Source: a virus
Direction: 5' to 3' (one strand)
IMG/VR virus record: IMGVR_UViG_3300015024_000001
Coordinates: 32,001 to 96,000 of that record
DNA: 64,000 bases
The first letter of the stretch is position 1, and the number at the start of each line of letters is the position of its first letter. A program made the translations under genes and the position numbers. Below are positions 29,112 through 38,184 of the stretch, piece after piece. The notes under the pieces were generated by a model, which worked only from the letters and a program-made list of their open reading frames with translations, did not search any database and had not been told where the DNA came from.

Positions 29112-30050
29112 CTAACAAGAGTATTTTTGTTTACTTTTTACGGTTTTACCTGTTGGTTTAACCTTTTTTGTTTTATTAAGCATTTCTGCAAGTCCAAAGT
29201 TAGCTGCTCTGTATTTACTTGCTCTATAAGTTGGCATTATAGTGCCTGTACCTATTACATTTGCTGTATCAGTAATCTCTGTGGATTCTTTCTCATTATT
29301 AAGATCAAGTAATTTTTTAACTCTTTCAACAAAACCATAAAGAGTAACATCTAAGAGTTGGTTTGGATCTTTTCCTTTCAACTCTGCCTCATCGGCTGTA
29401 TAAATATTACGAATATATGACCAAAGTTGTTCTGTTAAATCTTCATACTCTTCTTCTTTATCTTCTAATTCATCTTCAGTTTCTTGGTCATCATCCCAAG
29501 TCAATGCTGAAAACTTAGCTTTACTATATAAAGTAGCATGTTCCCAAGCAGGAATACCAACAAGTGATATTTCTTTTAAAGAATCAGTTAAAAGATCCAA
29601 ACCCATAGAAACAGAAGAAGCTGTTCCTTCTAATACTTTCTCTATAACTTCAGGAGTTTGTATAACTAAGTTACGTACAAATAATGCTGCTTTACCTAAC
29701 AGTTTAATAGCTTTAGGATTGATTTTATCTATATCTTCTTGCGTTACTGTTTTAACATATAGTTCTGCATTATTAGCATTACCAACAGTTGCTAAAGCTG
29801 TCTTATTATGTTCCAATAACAAAGGTAGTTTAATACCTTCCTCAAGTGCAGCATTTGTATTAGCAGCTATATTTGTTAGTCGTTCAGCAGTAAACGTATG
29901 TACAACACCTTTTGAATCAGGTAGTGTACCTTCTAACATTAAAATAGCATCTTTAGTTACACAACCATTAACGTCCTGTGCAAAGGTAGATAGCAATGAA
30001 GCTTGTTTACCTGTGAAGTGTGTAGTAGTTGTGGTTTTTGTTTTTATCAT
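29112..30050 (-). CDS. prohead (capsid maturation) protease
   Basis: PLLLEH (His), G....VSMG (Ser), LKEISLVGIPA motif of HK97/Mu-type proteases. Confidence 0.85.
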   Translation of the reverse strand: MIKTKTTTTTHFTGKQASLLSTFAQDVNGCVTKDAILMLEGTLPDSKGVVHTFTAERLTNIAANTNAALEEGIKLPLLLEHNKTALATVGNANNAELYVKTVTQEDIDKINPKAIKLLGKAALFVRNLVIQTPEVIEKVLEGTASSVSMGLDLLTDSLKEISLVGIPAWEHATLYSKAKFSALTWDDDQETEDELEDKEEEYEDLTEQLWSYIRNIYTADEAELKGKDPNQLLDVTLYGFVERVKKLLDLNNEKESTEITDTANVIGTGTIMPTYRASKYRAANFGLAEMLNKTKKVKPTGKTVKSKQKYSC

Positions 30051-30130
30051 CGTTAAAGATGTTTTTGTTACTATTTATAAGATATACTAATATATATACA
30101 GAGACATCTAAAAACTATAATAAATCGGAA

Positions 30131-30355
30131 ATGCCGTTATCTAAATATTCTGTTAATGCTAAGATAGGTTGGAAACTAAGACAAACTAGAGAAGATTTAG
30201 ATCTCAAGCAGAAAGATGTTGCAGCCAAACTACATAGAGATCCTGATTTTGTTTCTATGTCAGAGCTTGATAAACGACAAATCTCCGTTGATGATATTGT
30301 TGCTTTTTCACATATATATAAAAAACCAATTATTTATTTTTTTAGTGACTTATGA
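30131..30355 (+). CDS. XRE-family HTH transcriptional regulator
   Basis: IGWKLRQTRE..LKQKDVAAKL....FVSMSE..KRQIS; likely start MPLSK at 30131. Confidence 0.85.
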   Translation: MPLSKYSVNAKIGWKLRQTREDLDLKQKDVAAKLHRDPDFVSMSELDKRQISVDDIVAFSHIYKKPIIYFFSDL

Positions 30356-32580
30356 TATTTGCAGATGATTTCGTAGAATTTAATGAAGAAGTTAAAACTT
30401 ACCAGAGAATGCAAAAAGGTAAACTTATAACTGTAAGACAATACGATAGGAAAGGTGATCCTGCTGAAAAAGAACAAACTATAGAAAAGAATGACAATGC
30501 AATTATGCAAAGTCTGAAGACAGGAGCTATAGTTACTACTGGTGTTGCTTTAGCAGGTTTATCATTAGTTGGTATTGGAGCAGCAACAAAAGCTTATGTA
30601 ATAAATAGACATGCTAAACAAGTATTAAATGAAGCAGAACGTGTGTTACAAGCAAGTGATGTGTCTGACCTTCGTTTCTTATCAAAAGCTAATCCTGAAA
30701 AACTACCTGATAATTTTGATCGGTATGAAGGTATAATTATTGCGACTGGTGGATTTGGTGGTACTAAAGGACAGCATACACTTGAAGTACATAAGTATAT
30801 ACAACAAGAATACCCTAACCACCTAGTTGTATCTGTTGAAAATATGTATCATGATTTAGGTTGGAGAGAAGATGTTGTAGATAGATTTAAAGCTGCTCCT
30901 GCATTATTATGGCGTAATGCAACACAAGGGAATAAAACATCAGAAGAAATAGCTACTTTAACTAAAATGCTACGTAAAAGAACAGATAAACCTATTACTA
31001 TAGTATCTGCTTCTGGTGGTGGTATGGCAGTAAAAGAAGCTCAAGAGATAACAGATAAGTTAGGTTATAAAGATATACAAGGAATAGGTCTAGGAACACC
31101 AACTTTTACACTTGCAAATCCTAAATCCCCTTTTGTTTCTTTTGTAGACAAGAAAGATGCAACAGTGGGTTGGATTCCTAAAACTTCAAAAAAAGATACA
31201 GTATATATAGATAGACCAACAACTAAAGTAAAGTGGAATCTTAATCCATACCAAGGTGAAATACCTCACAATGAACAACATGAGTTTGGTACTTATCTTT
31301 TGCACGGTGAGACAAGATCTAAAGTAGATCAAATACTGTATAGGAACATAGCTAATAAAGATGTATTTAAACTAGAAAACTACACTATTGACTATAAACA
31401 AAATGTAGCGCGTAATCCATATATAAGTAAACAAGGACAAAACTCTAGTTATAGTAAGCTAGAACAACAAGCTTGGGCGAACTTTAATATACTCTTCCCT
31501 TCTATGGATGCTGATTTTGCTAGTGAACAACAAGTAGAAGTTAAATCTTATATGCGTAATGGAAAACTTGTAAAATCTTATACAGCAGGTAGAGATAAAG
31601 CGGTACAAGATTCTAGTTTAACTAATAGACTACGTAATAATATTGCTGGAAACATAGAAAAGAAAGGTCTAAATGAAGATACGGCAGATAAATTAGCCGA
31701 AGTAGCGTTAATTGTTGGTGGTACAGGTGTTGCTTTAATAGGTAGTAAGATGATACTAAATGGTGGTTTAGCAGCAGCTTTAAATATGGGTCGTCATGCT
31801 TGGAATACTAACTTTCTTAAACGTAATAGAATGATTGAAGAGATGGCTGATGAGCTTGTGAGTGGTAGGAAACTGTTCAGAGGTCAGACATTACGTTCTA
31901 CTATAGGTGATGCTGATACAGTAATAACTATCAAAGGTGGCATCAATATGGGTGGTAAAGGTGGTACTACTATTAAAAATGAATACCTTGATAAAATAAG
32001 TCAGAGAGGAGATAAATGGGCTGTACTCGATCTTGATAATTTAGAACTTGATTCAACAGGTATATCATCTAAAGGTATTAATATTGGACAAACATTGAAT
32101 GATTTCTGGTCTAACTTTATAATTAATCCTTTTAATAAAGGTTATAATAAAGATTCAATAGAAATAGCTGCTTATATGAGAGCTACAGAAAAAATTAAAC
32201 CTTCTGCTAATAAAGTAATGATTGGATATTCCGCAGGTGCTATAGGTACTATTGCTGCTGCATCTGATCTTTCTAAAGCTAGGTCTGTAACTAAACTTAA
32301 AGCTATCACATTTGGTGCGCCTTATTCTGGTCTTACAAAAATAGAAGATACTAGAGTTGTCGATACAGTATCATTTATTAATAAAGATGATATTCTAGCT
32401 AACTCCAAACTATCAAGAGGTAATAAAGAAGATATTAATGCAATTATAACAGAACGTCCTAATAAAGCAACAGATACAGATATACTAGCTGGGCACGGTT
32501 ATAAAGGTTATTTTGCTCAACAGAATTGGGATAAAATAAGACGTATTATTAATAATGGATCACAAGAGGCTTTTAGATAA
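30352..32580 (+). CDS. tandem double alpha/beta-hydrolase (lipase/esterase-like), each domain preceded by a TM helix
   Basis: Domain 1: ATGGFGG, VSASGGG, LGTP, KDATV, QHEF. Domain 2: GYSAGA, FGAP, KDDIL, GHGY. Confidence 0.75.
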   Translation: MIFADDFVEFNEEVKTYQRMQKGKLITVRQYDRKGDPAEKEQTIEKNDNAIMQSLKTGAIVTTGVALAGLSLVGIGAATKAYVINRHAKQVLNEAERVLQASDVSDLRFLSKANPEKLPDNFDRYEGIIIATGGFGGTKGQHTLEVHKYIQQEYPNHLVVSVENMYHDLGWREDVVDRFKAAPALLWRNATQGNKTSEEIATLTKMLRKRTDKPITIVSASGGGMAVKEAQEITDKLGYKDIQGIGLGTPTFTLANPKSPFVSFVDKKDATVGWIPKTSKKDTVYIDRPTTKVKWNLNPYQGEIPHNEQHEFGTYLLHGETRSKVDQILYRNIANKDVFKLENYTIDYKQNVARNPYISKQGQNSSYSKLEQQAWANFNILFPSMDADFASEQQVEVKSYMRNGKLVKSYTAGRDKAVQDSSLTNRLRNNIAGNIEKKGLNEDTADKLAEVALIVGGTGVALIGSKMILNGGLAAALNMGRHAWNTNFLKRNRMIEEMADELVSGRKLFRGQTLRSTIGDADTVITIKGGINMGGKGGTTIKNEYLDKISQRGDKWAVLDLDNLELDSTGISSKGINIGQTLNDFWSNFIINPFNKGYNKDSIEIAAYMRATEKIKPSANKVMIGYSAGAIGTIAAASDLSKARSVTKLKAITFGAPYSGLTKIEDTRVVDTVSFINKDDILANSKLSRGNKEDINAIITERPNKATDTDILAGHGYKGYFAQQNWDKIRRIINNGSQEAFR

Positions 32581-33410
32581 TGTATATAATAATAGATATA
32601 ACTAATGCAGAATTTGGTTTGATGAATACTTTAAAAAGAAAAGTTAAAGTTGGTTTAGGTAAAGCTAGTAATAAGATTGTTGAGGGTTTACAAACATCTG
32701 CTGCTGCTATTATGAATATAGGTAGTAAAGAAAGAGGTAAACGATTAATGAAATCTATTGATGTTGATAAAATAATGCCTCGTGATTTGCCAGCAGGTAT
32801 TAATCCTGATAAACCTGTTAATATGTTAATACATGGTATAGGTGGTGGTGATCATAAAGGTAAACACTTATTACGAGAACAAGCTAGTTGGTTTGGTGAT
32901 AGTGAGAAGCAACTTGGTACTAACTCTATAGCACACAGTCCTAAGTCATTACGTATTAAAGATGTTAATAAAACATCACCTCTTGATTTTATAAAGACAG
33001 GATGGAATGGTACACGTAAAGGTGGTGATGAAGATGCTCGTGAAATTGCTGAAAATATAATAGGTTGGAAAAAGAAACATCCTAATTTAAAAGTAAATAC
33101 AGTTGGGCATAGTTTAGGTGGATCTATAGCTGAACGTGCTGGTGCTGTACTTGATAAAAAAGGTTATGGTGATGCTGTTAAAACAACAACATTAGGATCT
33201 CCTGCTTCTAATTTAAAACGTGATAAGAATTTTAAAGCTTTAGCATTCGACCGTGATAAAACTGTATCAGAAGGTTTATCAAAAACAAAAAAACGTAGAA
33301 AAGAAGGTGTTGATGTTGAAGTTGTAAAAAATAAAGGTTCACATTCAACCTATGATGTAATGCAAAATCCTTCTATATTAAAAAAACTTAAAGAGAATAT
33401 GTATGCCTAG
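32580..33410 (+). CDS. alpha/beta-hydrolase (lipase-like)
   Basis: LIHGIGG oxyanion loop, GHSLGG elbow, TLGSP, DRDKTV, GSHS. Confidence 0.85.
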   Translation: MYIIIDITNAEFGLMNTLKRKVKVGLGKASNKIVEGLQTSAAAIMNIGSKERGKRLMKSIDVDKIMPRDLPAGINPDKPVNMLIHGIGGGDHKGKHLLREQASWFGDSEKQLGTNSIAHSPKSLRIKDVNKTSPLDFIKTGWNGTRKGGDEDAREIAENIIGWKKKHPNLKVNTVGHSLGGSIAERAGAVLDKKGYGDAVKTTTLGSPASNLKRDKNFKALAFDRDKTVSEGLSKTKKRRKEGVDVEVVKNKGSHSTYDVMQNPSILKKLKENMYA

Positions 33411-34431
33411 ATTATACTTAATTTCAGATATTGCAATGTTTTCTCAGCAAGAAGTTGGTGTTAAACAACATCAAAGACTTGTAAAAGGTCGTTTACAAAC
33501 AGTACATCAATATGATCGTACACAAGATAAAGCTGCTCCTGAAACACAAGGTGAAAGAAAAGCACAGTCTGTACTTGTAAAAGCAGGTGTTATAACTGCG
33601 GCTGTAATAGGTGCAACATTTGCTGCTGTAGCAGGTGGTTCAGCATTAATAGCTCTAAAGCATAATAAAGTTATTAGTGATACAGCCCGTAAAGCAATAG
33701 CAACTACACAACAAGTTGATAAAAATTATATAACATTACCTAATCGTACTCAAATAATTGCTAAAGATTTAGATATGACAGGTAAAGATGGTTTTATTAT
33801 TGCCGTAGGTGGTTTCTCACGAGACTATGGAGATCATAGTTTTCAACTTGCTAAACATTTAGAAGTAGAATTTCCTACTAAGAAGGTTGTTGTTGTTGAT
33901 AACAAAGCCTTTGATATTGTATGGGAAGGTAATCGTGATGAATTTAGTATTAGTAAGTTTATGAAAAAATCTATAGCGCTCAGTGCAGATGCTCATATAA
34001 ATGGTAATGATACTGCACTAGAAGCTGCTCGTACTATTAAGATGTTGAATACTTCTTTCCCACAATATGACAAAAAGATAATCACAGCTTCAGGAACAGG
34101 TAGTTTAGCTACACAAATGTTAGAAATAAATGATGCTATGGGTGAGAAACCTATTAGTGCATTAGCTTTAGGCTCCCCTCGTTTTGGTTTTAGCTCACCT
34201 AAAAAATCAAAATTAACTGTTATTACTGACCCTAATGATCAAATGATGGGTAAAGCACCTTTATTAAATCCTGGCACTAATGTACGTTTATATAGACCTG
34301 ATCGTGGTACAGAAGCTTATGATAACTGGGGTCAAAGTATACCTATTAATAAAGCACATGCTTATAGTAGTTATACAAAGGCTAAAGCATCTAGATCAAT
34401 TATTGATAATTTTATAAAAGATCAAAATTAG
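33403..34431 (+). CDS. alpha/beta-hydrolase, paralog of domain 1 of 30352..32580
   Basis: AVGGFS, ITASGTG, LGSP, PNDQM, AHAY; N-terminal TM helix. Confidence 0.7.
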   Translation: MPRLYLISDIAMFSQQEVGVKQHQRLVKGRLQTVHQYDRTQDKAAPETQGERKAQSVLVKAGVITAAVIGATFAAVAGGSALIALKHNKVISDTARKAIATTQQVDKNYITLPNRTQIIAKDLDMTGKDGFIIAVGGFSRDYGDHSFQLAKHLEVEFPTKKVVVVDNKAFDIVWEGNRDEFSISKFMKKSIALSADAHINGNDTALEAARTIKMLNTSFPQYDKKIITASGTGSLATQMLEINDAMGEKPISALALGSPRFGFSSPKKSKLTVITDPNDQMMGKAPLLNPGTNVRLYRPDRGTEAYDNWGQSIPINKAHAYSSYTKAKASRSIIDNFIKDQN

Positions 34432-36931
34432 TATAACGAAATTCGACTATAGCATCTGTAAAACGCTTGAGGGTAATGCCTTGAGCGCTTTTTATTCTAC
34501 GGTTCAACTCATTCCTTATTGCATTATATTTAATAGCTTCTTTTTGTGGTAGTGTTAATAACATCTCTATTAAATCTTGATAATGATCTTGAGCTTCTTG
34601 CAATAAAGAACTATTACTAGCAAGACGATCAACTACAGACTGTGTGTTAGATATTTGTTGCATTAACATAGCTTTATCAACAATAACCACAGATGAACGT
34701 ATATTGTCTAATTGTCTTTTCTGTCTTTGTAAAATAGCTGTAAAGTTATCAAGATCTCGTGTACGATTCTCCATACCTTTTATATAAGAAAGATCAGATT
34801 CTTTTTTATCTACTTTTGCAAGTACACGTTTTAAAGAATAAGCAAGGTCAAGTCGTAAAGGATAAATGGATGCCAATTGTGAATCTAAACTTGTTTTTTC
34901 TATATTGTTAGCTGTACGTATAATAGTTTCACCATCAACTTTTGATAAAACTTGTTGTACTCTATTTCGTAGTTTATCAATATTACCTTGTGCTGATACT
35001 GTTTTGTTAAATCTACTAGCTACCTTATCAAAACGTGAGAAATAAAGTTTTTTCTTCAAACCTCTTTTTTCTGCGATTTTATCTACAACTCTTTTGGCAA
35101 TTTCTGGTGATGTAATATCACCTAGCTCTGATTGAATATATAGAAGATTCTCAACATTGTCCATATTATTTCGAGAACGTTCAAACATTCTTTCAATAAA
35201 TGAAGCTTGTTGTTCCTCTGGTATATCTGAAGTTGTTAAAAAATCTAGAATATCATTAAATATACTTCTGAAAGATATTGGTTGTCTACGATTAGGATTA
35301 ATCCGTGCAATACTCGATATCACTGGTAAAGCAGTATCAATAGGCACTGTAATTGGTGCATTATTTATACGTACTGAAGGTAATTTCAATATAGGTACTA
35401 TAGGAGGTATAGTAGTTGGTATTTGTATCTTCTTACCTGTTGTCAAAGCAAAAGCAAGAAAGACAAGTGATACACCTAAACCACTACCAAGTATAAACTT
35501 CCATGCATTAGGGTCGGTATATACACCTTGACTTTCAGGTTCCTGTATGTCATCTGTTTTAGAGCTTGGCATATATATACACATGCAGTAAGGATGAGAG
35601 ACTAAATATCGTTGTTCAATAGGAACATTACGTTCTCCCTTATAAGCAGTTTTGTTTTTGAAACCATCATTACGATAAGCATTTTTTAACAACGATGATA
35701 TCTTGATAGGTTTTTGTAATGACTTTTCTTCTGTGTCTACACAATAACTACAAGGTTTATTGCTGTACATAGAAGTAGAGATAGTTACATACTGTATGCC
35801 AGCTTTGAGGTATGTCTTTAAACGACCAACATTATAAGCAATAGCAAGCTCTGTAGCAACTACACGTTGTACACGTTTGATAGGTCTTGTTCTTAAAGGT
35901 TCTTGTTTAAAAGGATCAACATATATACCTGTTAGTTTTGCATTTTGTTGCGCTCTTTTTATATACTTATCTTCAGACTCATCTTCTATATTTAGAATTT
36001 TACGCACAACTTTATCTGTATAAGTACCTTTAGCTGTCTGATTAATTGTACCAGCACCTATCTTCTCTGTATATTCTGTTACTATTTGTTTAGCTTCATT
36101 GTTTCTATCTTCTAATTGCATCTGATATCTGTTTGCTATAGGCACAATACGTTTCTGAGCATACCATCTAAAGAAATCCTTATCTTCCTCTAATACTATA
36201 GGTGGTGTATTTGTTAATGCATCTTTTCTATTTTGTAGATAGTTAAGTTTCTCTTCTATGGCTCTTTTGATAAGATAATCTTGTGTGTTTGGTTGTCCTT
36301 GAATAGCTATCTGTTGTGTGACTGTATTTTGTGCTTGTTGTTGTTGTGTCCCACCTTTTTGTAATTGTTGGTTGATAAGTTTACCAACAGACTTCACTGT
36401 ATTACCTGTTTTTAAGCTCTGAAGCTGTTGAGATAGCCCCGTAAGTGTTTGTGTGGCTTGTGTGTTATCAAGAGTCTGAGCTTGTTGTTGTAATGCTTGT
36501 AGAGTCTTTGTGTATTGGTTGAGTGTTTTAGCTTGACGTACTACTTGTTGTGATTGTTGTATATCATTTTGTAATTTGTTGATGTCTCTCTGTAGTTTGT
36601 CATTAGGATCTAGAGCAAAATCCACCACGGTTTTTTTGTATGAGAACTGGACATCTTCTAGTGCTTTGTAACCATCATTGATACCTAGTGCATATGAGTC
36701 TTGTACTAATGACAATAAGTTTTGACGCATATACATACGTGGATCAGGTGTGTGTGGTTGACCACCAGAGACTAGCTTTGCCGCGTACTGTTCTATTAGT
36801 GTAGTTTCATTAGCTGATACACGGTCAGTGTAGTAAGAAGCTAGTGTATCTATTTGTTGTCTTACAACAGCTTTCTCTTCTACGATCTTGGTGAAGTCAG
36901 CAAATGACTGTGTTGTGATGTTTGTAATCAT
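34412..36931 (-). CDS. MuF-family minor head (head morphogenesis) protein with long extensions
   Basis: RVQRVVATELAIAYNVGR, CSYC, HPYCMC motifs; Gln-rich insert; TM segment after the MuF domain. Confidence 0.8.
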   Translation of the reverse strand: MITNITTQSFADFTKIVEEKAVVRQQIDTLASYYTDRVSANETTLIEQYAAKLVSGGQPHTPDPRMYMRQNLLSLVQDSYALGINDGYKALEDVQFSYKKTVVDFALDPNDKLQRDINKLQNDIQQSQQVVRQAKTLNQYTKTLQALQQQAQTLDNTQATQTLTGLSQQLQSLKTGNTVKSVGKLINQQLQKGGTQQQQAQNTVTQQIAIQGQPNTQDYLIKRAIEEKLNYLQNRKDALTNTPPIVLEEDKDFFRWYAQKRIVPIANRYQMQLEDRNNEAKQIVTEYTEKIGAGTINQTAKGTYTDKVVRKILNIEDESEDKYIKRAQQNAKLTGIYVDPFKQEPLRTRPIKRVQRVVATELAIAYNVGRLKTYLKAGIQYVTISTSMYSNKPCSYCVDTEEKSLQKPIKISSLLKNAYRNDGFKNKTAYKGERNVPIEQRYLVSHPYCMCIYMPSSKTDDIQEPESQGVYTDPNAWKFILGSGLGVSLVFLAFALTTGKKIQIPTTIPPIVPILKLPSVRINNAPITVPIDTALPVISSIARINPNRRQPISFRSIFNDILDFLTTSDIPEEQQASFIERMFERSRNNMDNVENLLYIQSELGDITSPEIAKRVVDKIAEKRGLKKKLYFSRFDKVASRFNKTVSAQGNIDKLRNRVQQVLSKVDGETIIRTANNIEKTSLDSQLASIYPLRLDLAYSLKRVLAKVDKKESDLSYIKGMENRTRDLDNFTAILQRQKRQLDNIRSSVVIVDKAMLMQQISNTQSVVDRLASNSSLLQEAQDHYQDLIEMLLTLPQKEAIKYNAIRNELNRRIKSAQGITLKRFTDAIVEFRYTNFDLL

Positions 36932-36960
36932 TCTCTTATTATAGTTGTTTTCGAGTTATA

Positions 36961-37233
36961 ATTAAAATAAAAGCTTATACACCACCACCATATGGTAAAG
37001 AAAGGCTTATAGACATACATTCCCACCCTTTGAAACATAAATCGGCTGATATAGAATCAAAATCATCTAATGTTATACCTTCATCTCAAGATCTCAGCAT
37101 GACTAGATCTAAAACCTCTTTAGTTGTATCTCCACAACAAAATATATGTAGGCAGGTATCAAACCAGATATTTATGATGGTACGAAAGGATGGCGTAAGA
37201 AAGTACGTTCTCATGGTGGAGACTATACAGTAA
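36961..37233 (+). pseudogene. possible JAB/MPN metalloprotease fragment
   Basis: In-frame DIHSHP...PSSQD; no ATG or N-terminal half before the upstream stop. Confidence 0.35.
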
Positions 37234-37383
37234 TAACAAAAGGTAAAAACCAATAACTAGAACTTATCATATAACTCTTTATCTATAAGTATTCTGTATG
37301 CAGCATGGTGACCATAGAAGAGAAGGTAATGCTATAGTGAATATAGTTGAAAAACAAAACATCTTCGTAAAAAAGAAAATACT

Positions 37384-37695
37384 ATGTCTAAGAAAGAATT
37401 TATTCGTGAAGTCCAGTCTGCTTTAGAAGCTGATTATGGCATTGCTTTATCGCTTGATAAGATTCGCTCTGTTATCAGCGCTTATGCTAACACAGTGAAC
37501 AATCAGTTGGTGAATGGTCAAGAAGTTCGTATTGATGGTGTTGGTTTGTTAGAGATTAGACAGTTCAAAGCGACTGTTGCTCGTAACCTCAAGACTGGCT
37601 CACCTATGTCTGTACCTGCTACACATAGAGTACGTTTTCGTGCTGTACCTACACTTAAGAAAGCTGTTAAATCTTTACCAGTTGTTGCTGTATAA
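37384..37695 (+). CDS. hup: HU/IHF-family DNA-binding protein
   Basis: MSKKEFI..., GQEVRIDGVG......ARNLKTG..M.VPA..RVRFR....LK. Confidence 0.92.
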   Translation: MSKKEFIREVQSALEADYGIALSLDKIRSVISAYANTVNNQLVNGQEVRIDGVGLLEIRQFKATVARNLKTGSPMSVPATHRVRFRAVPTLKKAVKSLPVVAV

Positions 37696-37816
37696 TTTTC
37701 TGGTATGCTGAGAACTGAACAACGTTGCTCCACAATGCTACTGCTTTAAAAAGCTAAGGCTCAGTATATCACCTTCATTTGTTGTATAATAAAGTAAGTA
37801 ATTAAAAGAGGTTTGT

Positions 37817-38110
37817 ATGTCACTTTCGTTATCCGCTATTCTTGAAGCCGTTGTAAGCCGTGCATTGTCACAAGTAGATCCTTCTACTGTAACTAATCTA
37901 CAAAGTCAAGTCACAGATATTACTGCTAAGTATCAAGCTGATGAAGTTACTTTGTCTGATGTTAGTAATGAATTGAAGACTGCCAAAGAACAGCTTAGTG
38001 TTCAGTCTGCTCGTTTATCTGAACTTGAGCCTGTAGCTTCTGCTTTGTTAGAGATTGCTGCTAAACTTGGTATCGAAGATTCAGCGCATGTTGTTGCGCC
38101 TATTGTTTAA
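37817..38110 (+). CDS. coiled-coil hypothetical protein
   Basis: Strong RBS (GAGG); heptad pattern. Confidence 0.65.
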   Translation: MSLSLSAILEAVVSRALSQVDPSTVTNLQSQVTDITAKYQADEVTLSDVSNELKTAKEQLSVQSARLSELEPVASALLEIAAKLGIEDSAHVVAPIV

Positions 38111-38133
38111 TTAATATCTTCGTTTTTGTTGTG

Positions 38134-38158
38134 AAGCTGCTTTAGGGCAGCTTTTTTA
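38134..38158 (+). terminator. rho-independent terminator
   Basis: AAGCTGC-TTTAGG-GCAGCTT then T-run, between convergent genes. Confidence 0.8.
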
Positions 38159-38184
38159 TTCTTTAAAATATAGTAGAGATTTAC

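Noticed and set aside
3234-29312. Many short plus-strand ORFs opposite the structural genes (e.g. 5502, 7770, 8487, 15051, 20458, 27748)
   Set aside because: Antisense shadows of long genes with no RBS or motifs
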